Assembly (NCBI RefSeq): GCF_003334335.1
Contig: NZ_QOWQ01000027.1
Source: Escherichia coli
GTDB lineage: Bacteria; Pseudomonadota; Gammaproteobacteria; Enterobacterales; Enterobacteriaceae
Reading direction: 5' to 3' (one strand)
DNA length: 64,000 nucleotides
This document shows, in pieces, positions 36,591-47,781 of this stretch. Both the position numbers and the translations under genes were made by a program. The notes under the pieces are model-generated. The model did not search any database and had not been told where the DNA came from. It saw only the letters and a program-made list of their open reading frames with translations. Within the stretch, counting starts at the first letter, position 1; each line of letters starts with the position of its first letter.

Positions 36591-39335
36591 GTGAATTTAA
36601 CCCTGACCCGAAGACTCTGGATGGGCTTTGCCCTGATGGCGCTGTTAACCCTGACCAGTACCCTGGTGGGATGGTACAACCTGCGCTTTATCAGCCAGGT
36701 GGAAAAAGACAACACTCAGGCATTGATTCCTACCATGAATATGGCGCGCCAGTTGAGCGAAGCCAGCGCCTGGGAACTTTTCGCCGCGCAGAACCTGACC
36801 AGTGCCGATAACGAAAAGATGTGGCAGGCGCAGGGGCGAATGCTCACCGCACAAAGCCTGAAGATTAATGCGTTGCTGCAAGCGTTACGGGAACAAGGTT
36901 TTGATACCACCGCTATTGAACAACAGGAGCAGGAGATCTCCCGTTCGTTACGTCAGCAAGGGGAACTGGTGGGGCAGCGTTTGCAACTGCGCCAGCAACA
37001 ACAGCAACTCAGTCAGCAGATAGTCGCTGCCGCCGATGAGATCGCACGCCTGGCGCAAGGTCAGGCGAATAATGCGGCAACCTCCGCCGGAGCGACCCAG
37101 GCCGGGATTTACGATTTGATCGAACAACATCAGCGTCAGGCTGCTGAAAGTGCACTCGATCGGCTGATTGATATCGATCTTGAGTATGTTAACCAGATGA
37201 ATGAACTGCGCCTTAGCGCCCTGCGGGTGCAGCAAATGGTGATGAATCTGGGGCTGGAGCAGATCCAGAAAAATGCGCCAACGCTGGAAAAGCAGCTCAA
37301 TAATGCGGTGAAAATTCTGCAACGTCGGCAAATACGCATTGAAGATCCGGGTGTTCGTGCGCAGGTCGCAACAACGTTAACTACCGTTAGCCAATATAGC
37401 GATTTGCTGGCGCTGTATCAGCAGGACAGTGAAATCAGCAATCGCCTGCAAACTCTCGCCCAAAATAACATCGCCCAGTTCGCGCAGTTTAGTAGCGAAG
37501 TCAGTCAGCTGGTCGACACCATTGAGCTGCGTAATCAGCACGGACTGGCGCATCTGGAAAAAGCCAGTGCACGCGGGCAATACAGCCTGTTATTGCTGGG
37601 GATGGTTTCACTTTGCGCACTGATTCTGATCCTCTGGCGCGTGGTTTATCGCTCAGTCACGCGTCCACTTGCCGAACAAACGCAGGCGCTGCAACGGCTG
37701 CTGGATGGTGATATTGACTCCCCTTTCCCGGAAACCGCTGGCGTACGGGAGCTGGATACCATCGGGCGGCTGATGGATGCGTTTCGCAGCAGTGTTCATG
37801 CACTGAATCGCCACCGCGAACAGCTGGCGGCGCAGGTCAAAGCGCGTACAGCTGAATTGCAGGAACTGGTGATAGAACACCGACAGGCACGGGCGGAAGC
37901 AGAAAAAGCCAGCCAGGCAAAATCGGCGTTTCTGGCGGCGATGAGCCATGAGATCCGCACACCGCTGTACGGTATTCTCGGCACCGCACAGCTACTGGCA
38001 GATAACCCCGCACTTAACGCCCAGAATGATGATTTGCGGGCAATTACTGATTCTGGTGAATCGTTGCTGACCATCCTCAACGATATTCTCGATTATTCGG
38101 CTATCGAAGCAGGCGGCAAGAATGTTTCGGTCAGCGATGAACCCTTTGAACCGCGCCCGCTGCTGGAAAGTACCCTGCAATTAATGAGCGGACGGGTGAA
38201 AGGTCGCCCGATTCGCCTGGCAACGGCAATTGCCGATGATGTACCGTGCGCGTTAATGGGCGATCCACGACGTATTCGTCAGGTTATAACCAACCTGTTG
38301 AGCAACGCCCTGCGTTTTACTGACGAAGGGTACATTATCCTGCGTAGCCGCACTGATGGCGAGCAATGGCTGGTCGAAGTGGAAGACAGCGGCTGCGGTA
38401 TTGATCCCGCGAAACTGGCAGAAATCTTCCAGCCATTTGTGCAGGTAAGCGGCAAACGCGGCGGCACCGGGCTGGGGCTGACTATCAGTAGCCGTCTGGC
38501 CCAGGCGATGGGCGGCGAACTGAGCGCCACCAGCACGCCGGAGGTTGGAAGCTGTTTTTGTTTACGCTTGCCGTTACGTGTTGCCACGGCACCCGTGCCA
38601 AAAACAGCCAATCAGGCGGTGCGTCTGGACGGTTTACGTTTGCTGTTAATTGAAGATAACCCGCTAACCCAGCGAATTACCGTTGAGATGCTGAACACCA
38701 GTGGTGCGCAGATTGTTGCTGTTGGCAATGCCGCGCAGGCTTTAGAGACACTGCAAAATAGCGAACCGTTTGCTGCCGCACTGGTGGATTTTGATCTGCC
38801 GGATGTCGACGGCATTACGCTTGCCCGACAACTGGCACAGCAATATCCGTCGCTGGTTTTGATTGGCTTTAGCGCCCATGTCATTGACGAAACGCTGCGC
38901 CAGCGTACCAGTTCATTATTCCGCGGGATTATCCCTAAACCGGTGCCGCGTGAAGTGCTCGGTCAGTTACTGGCGCACTATCTCCAACTGCAAGACAATA
39001 CCGATCAATCGCTGGATGTATCGCAACTCAATGAAGATGCTCAGTTAATGGGGACGGAGAAGATCCACGAATGGCTGGTATTATTTACACAACATGCCCT
39101 GCCGCTTCTCGATGAAATCGACATTGCCCGCGCCAGTCAGGATAGCGAGAAAATAAAGCGTGCCGCGCATCAGCTAAAAAGCAGTTGCTCGAGTCTGGGA
39201 ATGCGTATCGCCAGCCAGCTATGCGCACAACTGGAGCAGCAGCCATTATCTGCCCCCCTTCCACACGAAGAAATTACACGCAGTGTTGCCGCTCTTGAAG
39301 CATGGTTGCATAAGAAAGACCTGAACGCGATTTGA
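36591..39335 (+). CDS. torS: TorS, hybrid sensor histidine kinase
   Basis: 914 aa ORF with HAMP, HisKA/HATPase, receiver and HPt regions; GTG start at 36591. Confidence 0.93.
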   Translation: MNLTLTRRLWMGFALMALLTLTSTLVGWYNLRFISQVEKDNTQALIPTMNMARQLSEASAWELFAAQNLTSADNEKMWQAQGRMLTAQSLKINALLQALREQGFDTTAIEQQEQEISRSLRQQGELVGQRLQLRQQQQQLSQQIVAAADEIARLAQGQANNAATSAGATQAGIYDLIEQHQRQAAESALDRLIDIDLEYVNQMNELRLSALRVQQMVMNLGLEQIQKNAPTLEKQLNNAVKILQRRQIRIEDPGVRAQVATTLTTVSQYSDLLALYQQDSEISNRLQTLAQNNIAQFAQFSSEVSQLVDTIELRNQHGLAHLEKASARGQYSLLLLGMVSLCALILILWRVVYRSVTRPLAEQTQALQRLLDGDIDSPFPETAGVRELDTIGRLMDAFRSSVHALNRHREQLAAQVKARTAELQELVIEHRQARAEAEKASQAKSAFLAAMSHEIRTPLYGILGTAQLLADNPALNAQNDDLRAITDSGESLLTILNDILDYSAIEAGGKNVSVSDEPFEPRPLLESTLQLMSGRVKGRPIRLATAIADDVPCALMGDPRRIRQVITNLLSNALRFTDEGYIILRSRTDGEQWLVEVEDSGCGIDPAKLAEIFQPFVQVSGKRGGTGLGLTISSRLAQAMGGELSATSTPEVGSCFCLRLPLRVATAPVPKTANQAVRLDGLRLLLIEDNPLTQRITVEMLNTSGAQIVAVGNAAQALETLQNSEPFAAALVDFDLPDVDGITLARQLAQQYPSLVLIGFSAHVIDETLRQRTSSLFRGIIPKPVPREVLGQLLAHYLQLQDNTDQSLDVSQLNEDAQLMGTEKIHEWLVLFTQHALPLLDEIDIARASQDSEKIKRAAHQLKSSCSSLGMRIASQLCAQLEQQPLSAPLPHEEITRSVAALEAWLHKKDLNAI

Positions 39336-39406
39336 ATCAATATCAGCCAGTTAAGAACAACTAGAATAGTGGTATTTGGTATGCAACTTAACGGACTGGC
39401 AAAATC

Positions 39407-40480
39407 ATGGCAAAGAAAAAAAGAACCCGCTGGCAGCGGCGGCCAGGCACGACGGGCGGCAAATTACCGTGGAATGACTGGCGCAATGCCACGACCTGGC
39501 GTAAAGCGACGCAATTATTACTGTTGGCAATGAATATTTATATTGCCATCACGTTCTGGTATTGGGTGCGCTATTACGAAACGGCAAGTAGCACGACATT
39601 TGTCGCCAGACCGGGAGGTATCGAAGGCTGGCTACCGATTGCCGGTCTGATGAATCTGAAATATAGCCTTGCAACAGGTCAGTTACCGTCCGTCCACGCC
39701 GCCGCGATGCTGTTATTGGTCGCTTTTATCGTCATCAGTCTATTACTCAAAAAGGCCTTTTGCTCATGGTTATGCCCGGTTGGTACGCTTTCTGAATTAA
39801 TCGGCGCTCTCGGTAACAAACTATTTGGTCGGCAATGTGTCCTTCCCCGCTGGCTGGATATTCCTCTGCGCGGCGTAAAGTATTTGCTGTTGAGTTTTTT
39901 TCTCTATATCGCGTTATTGATGCCCGCTCAGGCGATTCACTATTTTATGTTGTCGCCCTACAGCGTGGTGATGGACGTTAAAATGCTCGATTTCTTTCGT
40001 CATATGGGGACCGCGACATTAATCAGCGTGACCGTTTTGCTGATTGCCAGCCTGTTTATTCGCCATGCCTGGTGTCGTTATCTTTGCCCATATGGCGCGC
40101 TGATGGGCGTGGTTTCGCTATTATCGCCGTTTAAGATTCGTCGCAATGCCGAAAGTTGTATCGACTGTGGCAAATGCGCAAAAAATTGCCCATCACGGAT
40201 CCCGGTCGATAAATTAATTCAGGTACGAACAGTGGAATGTACCGGCTGTATGACTTGCGTAGAGTCATGTCCGGTAGCCTCAACATTGACCTTTTCACTG
40301 CAAAAACCTGCGGCAAATAAAAAAGCCTTTGCGTTGTCTGGCTGGTTAATGACGCTACTGGTTCTGGGGATTATGTTTGCGGTGATTGGTTACGCAATGT
40401 ATGCGGGAGTATGGCAAAGCCCGGTGCCGGAGGAATTGTACCGACGCTTAATTCCACAAGCGCCAATGATTGGTCACTAA
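39407..40480 (+). CDS. yccM: YccM, predicted membrane 4Fe-4S ferredoxin-type protein
   Basis: 357 aa ORF with CxxCxxCxxxCP motifs and TM helices, recognised as YccM. Confidence 0.88.
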   Translation: MAKKKRTRWQRRPGTTGGKLPWNDWRNATTWRKATQLLLLAMNIYIAITFWYWVRYYETASSTTFVARPGGIEGWLPIAGLMNLKYSLATGQLPSVHAAAMLLLVAFIVISLLLKKAFCSWLCPVGTLSELIGALGNKLFGRQCVLPRWLDIPLRGVKYLLLSFFLYIALLMPAQAIHYFMLSPYSVVMDVKMLDFFRHMGTATLISVTVLLIASLFIRHAWCRYLCPYGALMGVVSLLSPFKIRRNAESCIDCGKCAKNCPSRIPVDKLIQVRTVECTGCMTCVESCPVASTLTFSLQKPAANKKAFALSGWLMTLLVLGIMFAVIGYAMYAGVWQSPVPEELYRRLIPQAPMIGH

Positions 40481-40528
40481 ATTAGCAACAAGCGGAACAT
40501 CACCTCGCACGGGGTGATGTTCACAAAA

Positions 40529-40702
40529 TCACATTATTTTGATTTTGACATCATAACTTTCAAGCCCGGTCATTTTTTCTCGTGCGGTGAAGCGAATTTC
40601 AGAGACTTCTTTCCCTGTATTCTTGTTCAGCTCGGCGATTTTTTGCGCGATAAAGTCGGCGATTTCCGTTTCGGCTTGTTTTTTTAACTCTTCAATATTC
40701 AC
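40529..40702 (-). CDS. gnsA: GnsA, small protein (57 aa), GTG start; absent from the ORF track
   Basis: Translated by hand from the reverse complement: VNIEELKKQAETEIADFIAQKIAELNKNTGKEVSEIRFTAREKMTGLESYDVKIKIM, stop TGA at 40529-40531. Confidence 0.8.
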   Translation of the reverse strand: MNIEELKKQAETEIADFIAQKIAELNKNTGKEVSEIRFTAREKMTGLESYDVKIKIM

Positions 40703-40922
40703 TGTTAACCTCTTCTGGTCTTAAAAGACAGCAACACGCCAGTAAGGTGTTGGTTCCCGGTACCCTGGTCAGGTAAGAAATGTTATAAGCCATCTCCCCG
40801 AAAGATTCAATAATCAACAGGTTATCGCTTACTATACATACAGCGTTGAAGAAAAATAAGGCAGATATAAAAAAGGCTCCACGAGGGAGCCTGATATTAT
40901 TTTGTGAAATCCAGCGGCGCAT
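40692..40922 (-). CDS. ymcE: YmcE-like small membrane protein, overlapping the gnsA start
   Basis: Track ORF 40692-40955; start tentatively at MRRWISQNNIRLPRGAFFISALFFF; identity from position and memory only. Confidence 0.5.
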   Translation of the reverse strand: MRRWISQNNIRLPRGAFFISALFFFNAVCIVSDNLLIIESFGEMAYNISYLTRVPGTNTLLACCCLLRPEEVNSEY

Positions 40923-41095
40923 GGTCAGTGCGTATTTGCAGCACGACGTTATCAAAGGTGATCATCGTCGATTTACAAAAAATACACTTAGCGCCCAAAG
41001 GGTTTCGCTCCGTCACATCGAATGCCGATGTGCGGTACTGTGAACCATGACAACATGGACAGCGGAAATGGAGATGTTGAGTAATAATGGCAACC

Positions 41096-41308
41096 TTAGA
41101 GCGTAACAACGTTCGCTGCCGCGGGGCCACGTTGCCCCTGCTCAATAGAAAATTCAACTTTCTGATTTTCGTTCAGCGTGCGGAATTCATTGCTCTGGAT
41201 GGCGGTGAAATGGACGAAAACGTCTTTGCTGCCATCATCAGGAGTGATAAAGCCAAAACCTTTATCTGCGTTAAACCATTTTACTAAACCAGTCATTTTA
41301 TTAGACAT
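41096..41308 (-). CDS. cspG: CspG, cold-shock protein
   Basis: 70 aa [24 protein letters not shown] recognised as CspG. Confidence 0.95.
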   Translation of the reverse strand: MSNKMTGLVKWFNADKGFGFITPDDGSKDVFVHFTAIQSNEFRTLNENQKVEFSIEQGQRGPAAANVVTL

Positions 41309-41593
41309 ATTTTACTTCCTTCATTTTGGGCCTTTCGGCAAACAGGGCTTTAATACAGAAACTACTTAGTGTTCAGGAGAGAGACTCAAAAGAAGGGGAT
41401 AATGCCTGATAATGAGAACTGCTTTAGTAAACTACTTTGTATGCTGTCTGTCTTTCAAACCGACGCAGCTATTAACGCATGATAATTGAGATTAAGCAAA
41501 TTTTATTTTAGCCGTCCGGCGGTCTTAAATATCGCTGGCTTTATTTTATTAACCCCGTATAGTGCAGCGCAGTATTTTCAGTAAGGAATTTGT

Positions 41594-41806
41594 TTGTCCC
41601 GTAAAATGACAGGAATTGTCAAAACCTTTGATCGCAAAAGCGGCAAAGGATTCATTATCCCCTCCGACGGTCGTAAAGAAGTTCAGGTCCATATTTCCGC
41701 ATTCACTCCCCGCGACGCAGAAGTGCTTATACCAGGATTACGTGTGGAATTTTGCCGCGTAAATGGCCTGCGAGGACCAACAGCGGCAAATGTTTATCTC
41801 TCTTAA
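41594..41806 (+). CDS. cspH: CspH, cold-shock-like protein
   Basis: 70 aa [24 protein letters not shown] recognised as CspH. Confidence 0.93.
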
Positions 41807-42247
41807 TATGACGCTGCTTGTTTAAAGCTGACTGGTTTTATTGGAATAGTGCAATAGTCAACATCATACATTATAACATCAGTTACTTTTCCACAAAGAA
41901 ACTAATCCATTTAAGCGAATATCTCTGCACCTAATAGTTACAAATGCCATTTAACAGCCAGTTATAGTACCACTTGAAACTATATTACCAACAATAATTA
42001 ATAGCTTTCGTAACAATTTCCTTATCTTTAATTTGTATTTTGCTAAGATTTATCTTATGCTCACAAGTCGTATTTCCAGAGGGGGATAGTTAACAATCTT
42101 ATATTTCCCTCTGCGCGCCTTTCCTACCCGCAGTATATAGTGCAAGCGGTATGAGGAAAGGGAGATTTCACAAGGATGTTATACTCAAAGTAGACAATCC
42201 TGATCTCAAGCGTACGTATTGTCCATGCGATGAATAAAGGAAAAGTT

Positions 42248-42553
42248 ATGAAACACAAGCTTTCTGCAATCCTTATGGCCTTCATGTTGACGACGCCAGC
42301 TGCGTTTGCTGCCCCTGAAGCAACAAACGGGACCGAGGCAACGACGGGTACTACTGGCACCACAACGACCACTACCGGCGCAACCACGACTGCTACTACC
42401 ACTGGTGGCGTGGCTGCTGGCGCTGTCGGCACGGCGACAGTTGTCGGTGTGGCAACGGCTGTTGGTGTGGCGACGTTGGCAGTTGTTGCAGCAAATGACA
42501 GTGGCGATGGCGGTTCTCATAACACCTCAACCACCACGTCCACTACACGCTAA
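42248..42553 (+). CDS. gfcA: GfcA, Thr-rich small protein, first gene of the group 4 capsule operon
   Basis: Start refined to ATG 42248 (MKHKLSAILMAF) with aagga SD; signal peptide plus Thr/Gly/Ala low-complexity region; 101 aa. Confidence 0.88.
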   Translation: MKHKLSAILMAFMLTTPAAFAAPEATNGTEATTGTTGTTTTTTGATTTATTTGGVAAGAVGTATVVGVATAVGVATLAVVAANDSGDGGSHNTSTTTSTTR

Positions 42554-42659
42554 TACCGCTTTAACGCGTCGAAATTAAAGTTAAATGATACCCGGTTGCG
42601 ATATTCGTACCGGGCTTTAGAGATTTGCATTTTTTTAATTAACCTTTCAAGGATTAAAG

Positions 42660-43304
42660 GTGCGCCCTCTTATTTTATCGATTTTCGCACTATTTCTTGC
42701 GGGATGTACGCACAGCCAGCAAAGTATGGTCGATACATTTCGCGCCAGCCTTTTCGATAATCAGGATATCACCGTAGCGGATCAGCAGATCCAGGCGTTG
42801 CCTTATTCCACTATGTATTTACGCCTTAATGAAGGGCAACGAATCTTTGTGGTACTGGGATATATAGAACAAGAACAAAGCAAATGGTTATCCCAGGATA
42901 ACGCCATGCTGGTTACCCACAATGGACGTCTTTTAAAAACCGTCAAACTTAATAATAATCTGCTGGAAGTGACAAATTCCGGGCAGGACCCTCTGCGTAA
43001 CGCGCTGGCAATAAAAGATGGCAGCCGCTGGACGCGCGATATTCTCTGGAGTGAAGACAACCATTTTCGCTCTGCGACCCTGAGTTCTACTTTTTCCTTT
43101 GCTGGATTAGAGACGCTGAATATTGCGGGTCGCAATGTGCTGTGTAATGTCTGGCAGGAAGAGGTGACTTCCACGCGGCCAGAAAAACAGTGGCAAAACA
43201 CATTCTGGGTCGATTCGGCTACTGGCCAGGTTCGTCAAAGTCGGCAAATGTTAGGCGCAGGGGTTATTCCCGTAGAAATGACGTTTCTTAAACCCGCACC
43301 ATGA
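42660..43304 (+). CDS. gfcB: GfcB lipoprotein
   Basis: 214 aa ORF with lipobox (LAGC), recognised as GfcB. Confidence 0.9.
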   Translation: MRPLILSIFALFLAGCTHSQQSMVDTFRASLFDNQDITVADQQIQALPYSTMYLRLNEGQRIFVVLGYIEQEQSKWLSQDNAMLVTHNGRLLKTVKLNNNLLEVTNSGQDPLRNALAIKDGSRWTRDILWSEDNHFRSATLSSTFSFAGLETLNIAGRNVLCNVWQEEVTSTRPEKQWQNTFWVDSATGQVRQSRQMLGAGVIPVEMTFLKPAP

Positions 43305-44047
43305 ATAAATTACAGTCGTATTTCATTGCCAGCGTACTTTACGTAATGACACCCCATGCCTTTGCGCAAGGAACGGTGACTATTTATCTGCCTGGCGAAC
43401 AACAGACACTTTCCGTTGGCCCCGTGGAAAATGTTGTCCAGTTGGTGACACAACCGCAACTGCGCGATCGCCTCTGGTGGCCTGGTGCCTTGCTGACCGA
43501 CTCTGCGGCGAAAGCTAAAGCGCTTAAAGACTACCAACATGTCATGGCACAGCTTGCTTCCTGGGAAGCAGAAGCTGACGACGATGTGGCGGCAACGATT
43601 AAATCCGTGCGCCAGCAGTTACTCAATCTCAATATCACTGGTCGCTTACCGGTCAAACTGGACCCTGATTTTGTACGAGTGGATGAGAACAGCAATCCCC
43701 CGTTGGTCGGGGACTATACGCTCTATACCGTACAGCGTCCGGTGACTATTACTCTGCTGGGTGCGGTTTCTGGGGCCGGGCAATTGCCCTGGCAGGCAGG
43801 CCGTAGCGTTACCGATTATCTGCAAGATCACCCCCGCCTTGCAGGCGCGGACAAGAATAACGTTATGGTGATTACGCCTGAGGGTGAGACTGTCGTCGCC
43901 CCTGTTGCCCTGTGGAATAAAAGACATGTGGAACCACCGCCTGGCAGCCAGCTTTGGTTGGGCTTTTCTGCGCATGTACTGCCCGAAAAATATGCTGATT
44001 TAAATGACCAGATTGTGTCTGTTTTAACGCAACGTGTTCCTGACTGA
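43301..44047 (+). CDS. gfcC: GfcC, periplasmic capsule-assembly protein
   Basis: 248 aa ORF overlapping the gfcB stop, recognised as GfcC. Confidence 0.9.
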
Positions 44048-46143
44048 TGAAGAAGAATTCTTATCTTTTAAGCTGCCTGGCCATTGCCGTCTCCAGTGCC
44101 TGTCATGCTGAAGTATTAACCTACCCGGATCCGCTGGGTTCGTCGCAATCAGACTTTGGCGGCACAGGATTGTTGCAGATGCCAAATGCGCGCATCGCAC
44201 CGGAAGGTGAATTCAGCGTCAACTACCGGGATAACGATCAATACCGGTTCTACTCCACCTCCGTGGCGCTGTTCCCATGGCTGGAAGGCACCATTCGTTA
44301 TACGGATGTGCGCACACGCAAATATAGCCAGTGGGAAGATTTCAGCGGCGATCAGTCATACAAAGACAAATCATTCGATTTTAAACTTCGCCTGTGGGAA
44401 GAAGGTTACTGGCTACCGCAAGTGGCGTTTGGTAAACGTGATATTGCTGGTACGGGTCTGTTTGACGGTGAGTATCTGGTGGCCAGCAAGCAAGCGGGGC
44501 CATTTGATTTCACCCTCGGGATGGCATGGGGCTACGCCGGTAATGCGGGCAATATTACCAACCCGTTTTGCCGGGTGAGCGATAAATATTGTCATCGCGC
44601 AGAGTCTCACGATGCGGGCGATATCAGCTTTAGCGATATCTTTCGTGGCCCGGCTTCCATCTTTGGCGGCATTGAGTATCAAACGCCGTGGAATCCCCTG
44701 CGTCTGAAACTCGAATACGATGGAAACAATTACCAGAATGATTTCGCTGGCAAACTGCCTCAGGCAAGCCATTTCAACGTCGGCGCAGTTTATCGCGCTG
44801 CCAGCTGGGCAGATCTCAACCTGAGTTATGAACGCGGTAACACGTTGATGTTTGGCTTCACGTTACGGACCAATTTCAACGATCTGCGCCCTGCCCTGCG
44901 CGATACGCCAAAACCGGCATATCAACCTGCGCCTGAATCTGAAGGATTGCAGTACACCACGGTAGCAAACCAACTTACCGCCCTGAAGTATAACGCGGGC
45001 TTTGACGCGCCAGAAATTCAGCTACGCGATAAGACACTGTATATGTCTGGTCAGCAATACAAATACCGTGACTCTCGTGAAGCGGTCGATCGTGCCAACC
45101 GGATTCTGGTGAATAACCTGCCGCAAGGCGTTGAGAAGATTAGCGTGACGCAAAAGCGCGAGCATATGGCGATGGTGACTACCGAAACCGACGTAGCCAG
45201 CCTGCGCAAACAGCTGGCAGGTACAGCGCCTGGTCAATCAGAGCCACTGCAACAACAACGTGTTGAAGCTGAAGATCTTTCTGCCTTTGGTCGGGGCTAC
45301 CGTATTCGTGAAGATCGCTTTAGCTACTCTTTCAACCCAACACTTTCACAGTCGCTGGGCGGCCCGGAAGATTTCTATATGTTCCAGCTGGGGCTGATGT
45401 CCAGTGCCCGCTACTGGTTTACCGACCACCTGCTGCTTGATGGCGGTATTTTCACCAATATTTACAACAACTACGACAAGTTTAAGTCTTCGCTGTTGCC
45501 CGCGGACTCTACCCTGCCCCGCGTGCGCACGCATATCCGTGACTACGTTCGCAATGACGTTTATCTCAACAACTTGCAGGCGAACTATTTTGCTGACTTA
45601 GGCAATGGTTTCTATGGCCAGGTGTATGGCGGTTATCTGGAAACGATGTACGCCGGTGTCGGTTCCGAGCTGCTTTATCGCCCGCTAGATGCCTGCTGGG
45701 CGCTGGGTGTGGACGTTAACTACGTGAAGCAACGTGACTGGGACAACATGATGCGTTTCACCGATTATTCCACGCCAACAGGTTTCGTGACGGCTTACTG
45801 GAACCCGCCGACGCTCAATGGCGTACTGATGAAACTTAGCGTTGGGCAATATCTGGCAAAAGATAAAGGCGCAACGATCGACGTCGCCAAACGCTTTGAC
45901 AGCGGCGTGGCGGTAGGGGTATGGGCGGCAATCAGTAACGTATCTAAAGATGACTACGGCGAAGGCGGCTTTAGTAAAGGTTTTTATATCTCGATTCCAT
46001 TCGACTTGATGACCATTGGACCTAACCGCAACCGCGCGGTGGTTTCGTGGACACCATTGACGCGTGATGGTGGACAAATGCTGTCACGCAAATACCAGCT
46101 CTATCCAATGACGGCAGAGCGAGAAGTACCGGTTGGACAATAA
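44047..46143 (+). CDS. gfcD: GfcD, outer-membrane beta-barrel lipoprotein
   Basis: 698 aa ORF with signal peptide, recognised as GfcD. Confidence 0.9.
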
Positions 46144-46188
46144 CCTGACGTAATTCATAACATTACATTGACTGATAAATATAAACCA

Positions 46189-47328
46189 ATGAAAAAGAAC
46201 ATTTTTAAGTTTTCGGTACTGACATTGGCTGTTCTGTCTTTGACAGCATGTACCCTTGTTCCTGGTCAGAATTTATCGACCAGTAACAAGGATGTCATTG
46301 AACTACCTGACAATCAGTATGACCTGGACAAAATGGTCAATATCTATCCCGTCACGCCAGGATTGATTGATCAGTTGCGCGCCAAACCGATTATGTCGCA
46401 GGCTAACCCGGAGCTGGAGCAGCAAATCGCAAACTATGAATATCGTATCGGGATTGGTGATGTGTTGATGGTTACGGTCTGGGATCACCCGGAACTAACC
46501 ACCCCCGCAGGGCAATACCGTAGCGCCAGTGATACCGGCAACTGGGTTAACGCCGATGGTGCGATTTTCTACCCCTATATTGGTCGCCTGAAAGTGGCCG
46601 GGAAAACACTTACCCAGGTACGCAACGAGATTACAGCGCGTCTCGATTCAGTCATTGAAAGCCCGCAAGTCGATGTCAGCGTCGCGGCGTTCCGATCGCA
46701 AAAAGCGTACGTCACCGGCGAAGTCAGCAAATCGGGTCAGCAGCCGATTACCAATATTCCTCTGACCATCATGGATGCGATTAACGCCGCGGGCGGTCTG
46801 ACCGCAGATGCAGACTGGCGCAACGTGGTGCTCACCCAGAATGGCGTAAAGACCAAAGTGAACCTCTATGCGCTGATGCAGCGTGGCGACTTGCGCCAGA
46901 ACAAACTGCTGCACCCGGGCGATATTTTATTTATTCCGCGCAACGATGATCTGAAAGTCTTCGTGATGGGTGAAGTGGGTAAACAGAGCACGCTGAAAAT
47001 GGACCGCAGCGGTATGACCCTGGCGGAAGCGCTGGGTAACGCTGAGGGTATGAATCAGGATGTCGCTGATGCGACGGGGATTTTTGTTATTCGTGCAACG
47101 CAAAACAAGCAGAATGGCAAAATCGCCAATATTTATCAGCTGAATGCGAAGGACGCATCGGCAATGATACTCGGAACGGAATTCCAGCTTGAACCTTACG
47201 ACATTGTTTATGTCACTACCGCGCCGCTGGCTCGTTGGAACCGTGTGATTTCTCTGCTGGTACCGACGATTTCCGGGGTGCATGACCTGACAGAGACTTC
47301 ACGGTGGATTCAAACATGGCCCAACTAA
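46189..47328 (+). CDS. gfcE: GfcE, Wza-like outer-membrane polysaccharide export protein
   Basis: Start refined to ATG 46189 ([21 protein letters not shown] lipoprotein signal); 379 aa. Confidence 0.9.
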
Positions 47329-47762
47329 AATTTAACTCAATCCTGGTGGTTTGTACCGGCAACATTTGCCGTTCGCCCATTGGCGAGCGCTTGCTGCGTA
47401 AACGTCTGCCGGGCGTAAAAGTCAAATCGGCAGGTGTTCATGGTCTGGTAAAACACCCTGCAGATGCGACAGCGGCAGATGTTGCCGCTAATCATGGCGT
47501 ATCTCTTGAAGGACATGCCGGACGTAAGCTCACTGCTGAGATGGCACGAAATTACGATCTGATTCTGGCAATGGAGTCGGAACATATTGCTCAGGTTACC
47601 GCAATTGCTCCCGAGGTCCGCGGGAAGACAATGCTGTTTGGGCAATGGCTGGAACAGAAAGAGATCCCGGATCCCTATCGTAAAAGTCAGGACGCATTTG
47701 AACATGTCTACGGTATGTTGGAGCGCGCCAGTCAGGAATGGGCGAAGCGCCTCAGCCGGTAA
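47316..47762 (+). CDS. etp: Etp, low-molecular-weight protein-tyrosine phosphatase
   Basis: Start refined to ATG 47316 ([23 protein letters not shown]5R active site); 148 aa. Confidence 0.92.
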
Positions 47763-47781
47763 TTTGAGTTTATAAAATACG

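Noticed and set aside
40897-41157. 86-aa Cys-rich (zinc-ribbon-like CPCC...CIFC) ORF downstream of cspG, possibly corresponding to a K-12 small gene
   Set aside because: Its only ATG lies inside cspG in another frame, and the portion downstream of the cspG stop has no canonical start codon; I could not support it as a CDS from sequence alone.
42230-47328. The gfc operon as a possible novel polysaccharide export system
   Set aside because: Recognised as the already described group 4 capsule gfcABCDE-etp-etk locus; it is only notable for lacking the K-12 IS1 insertion.
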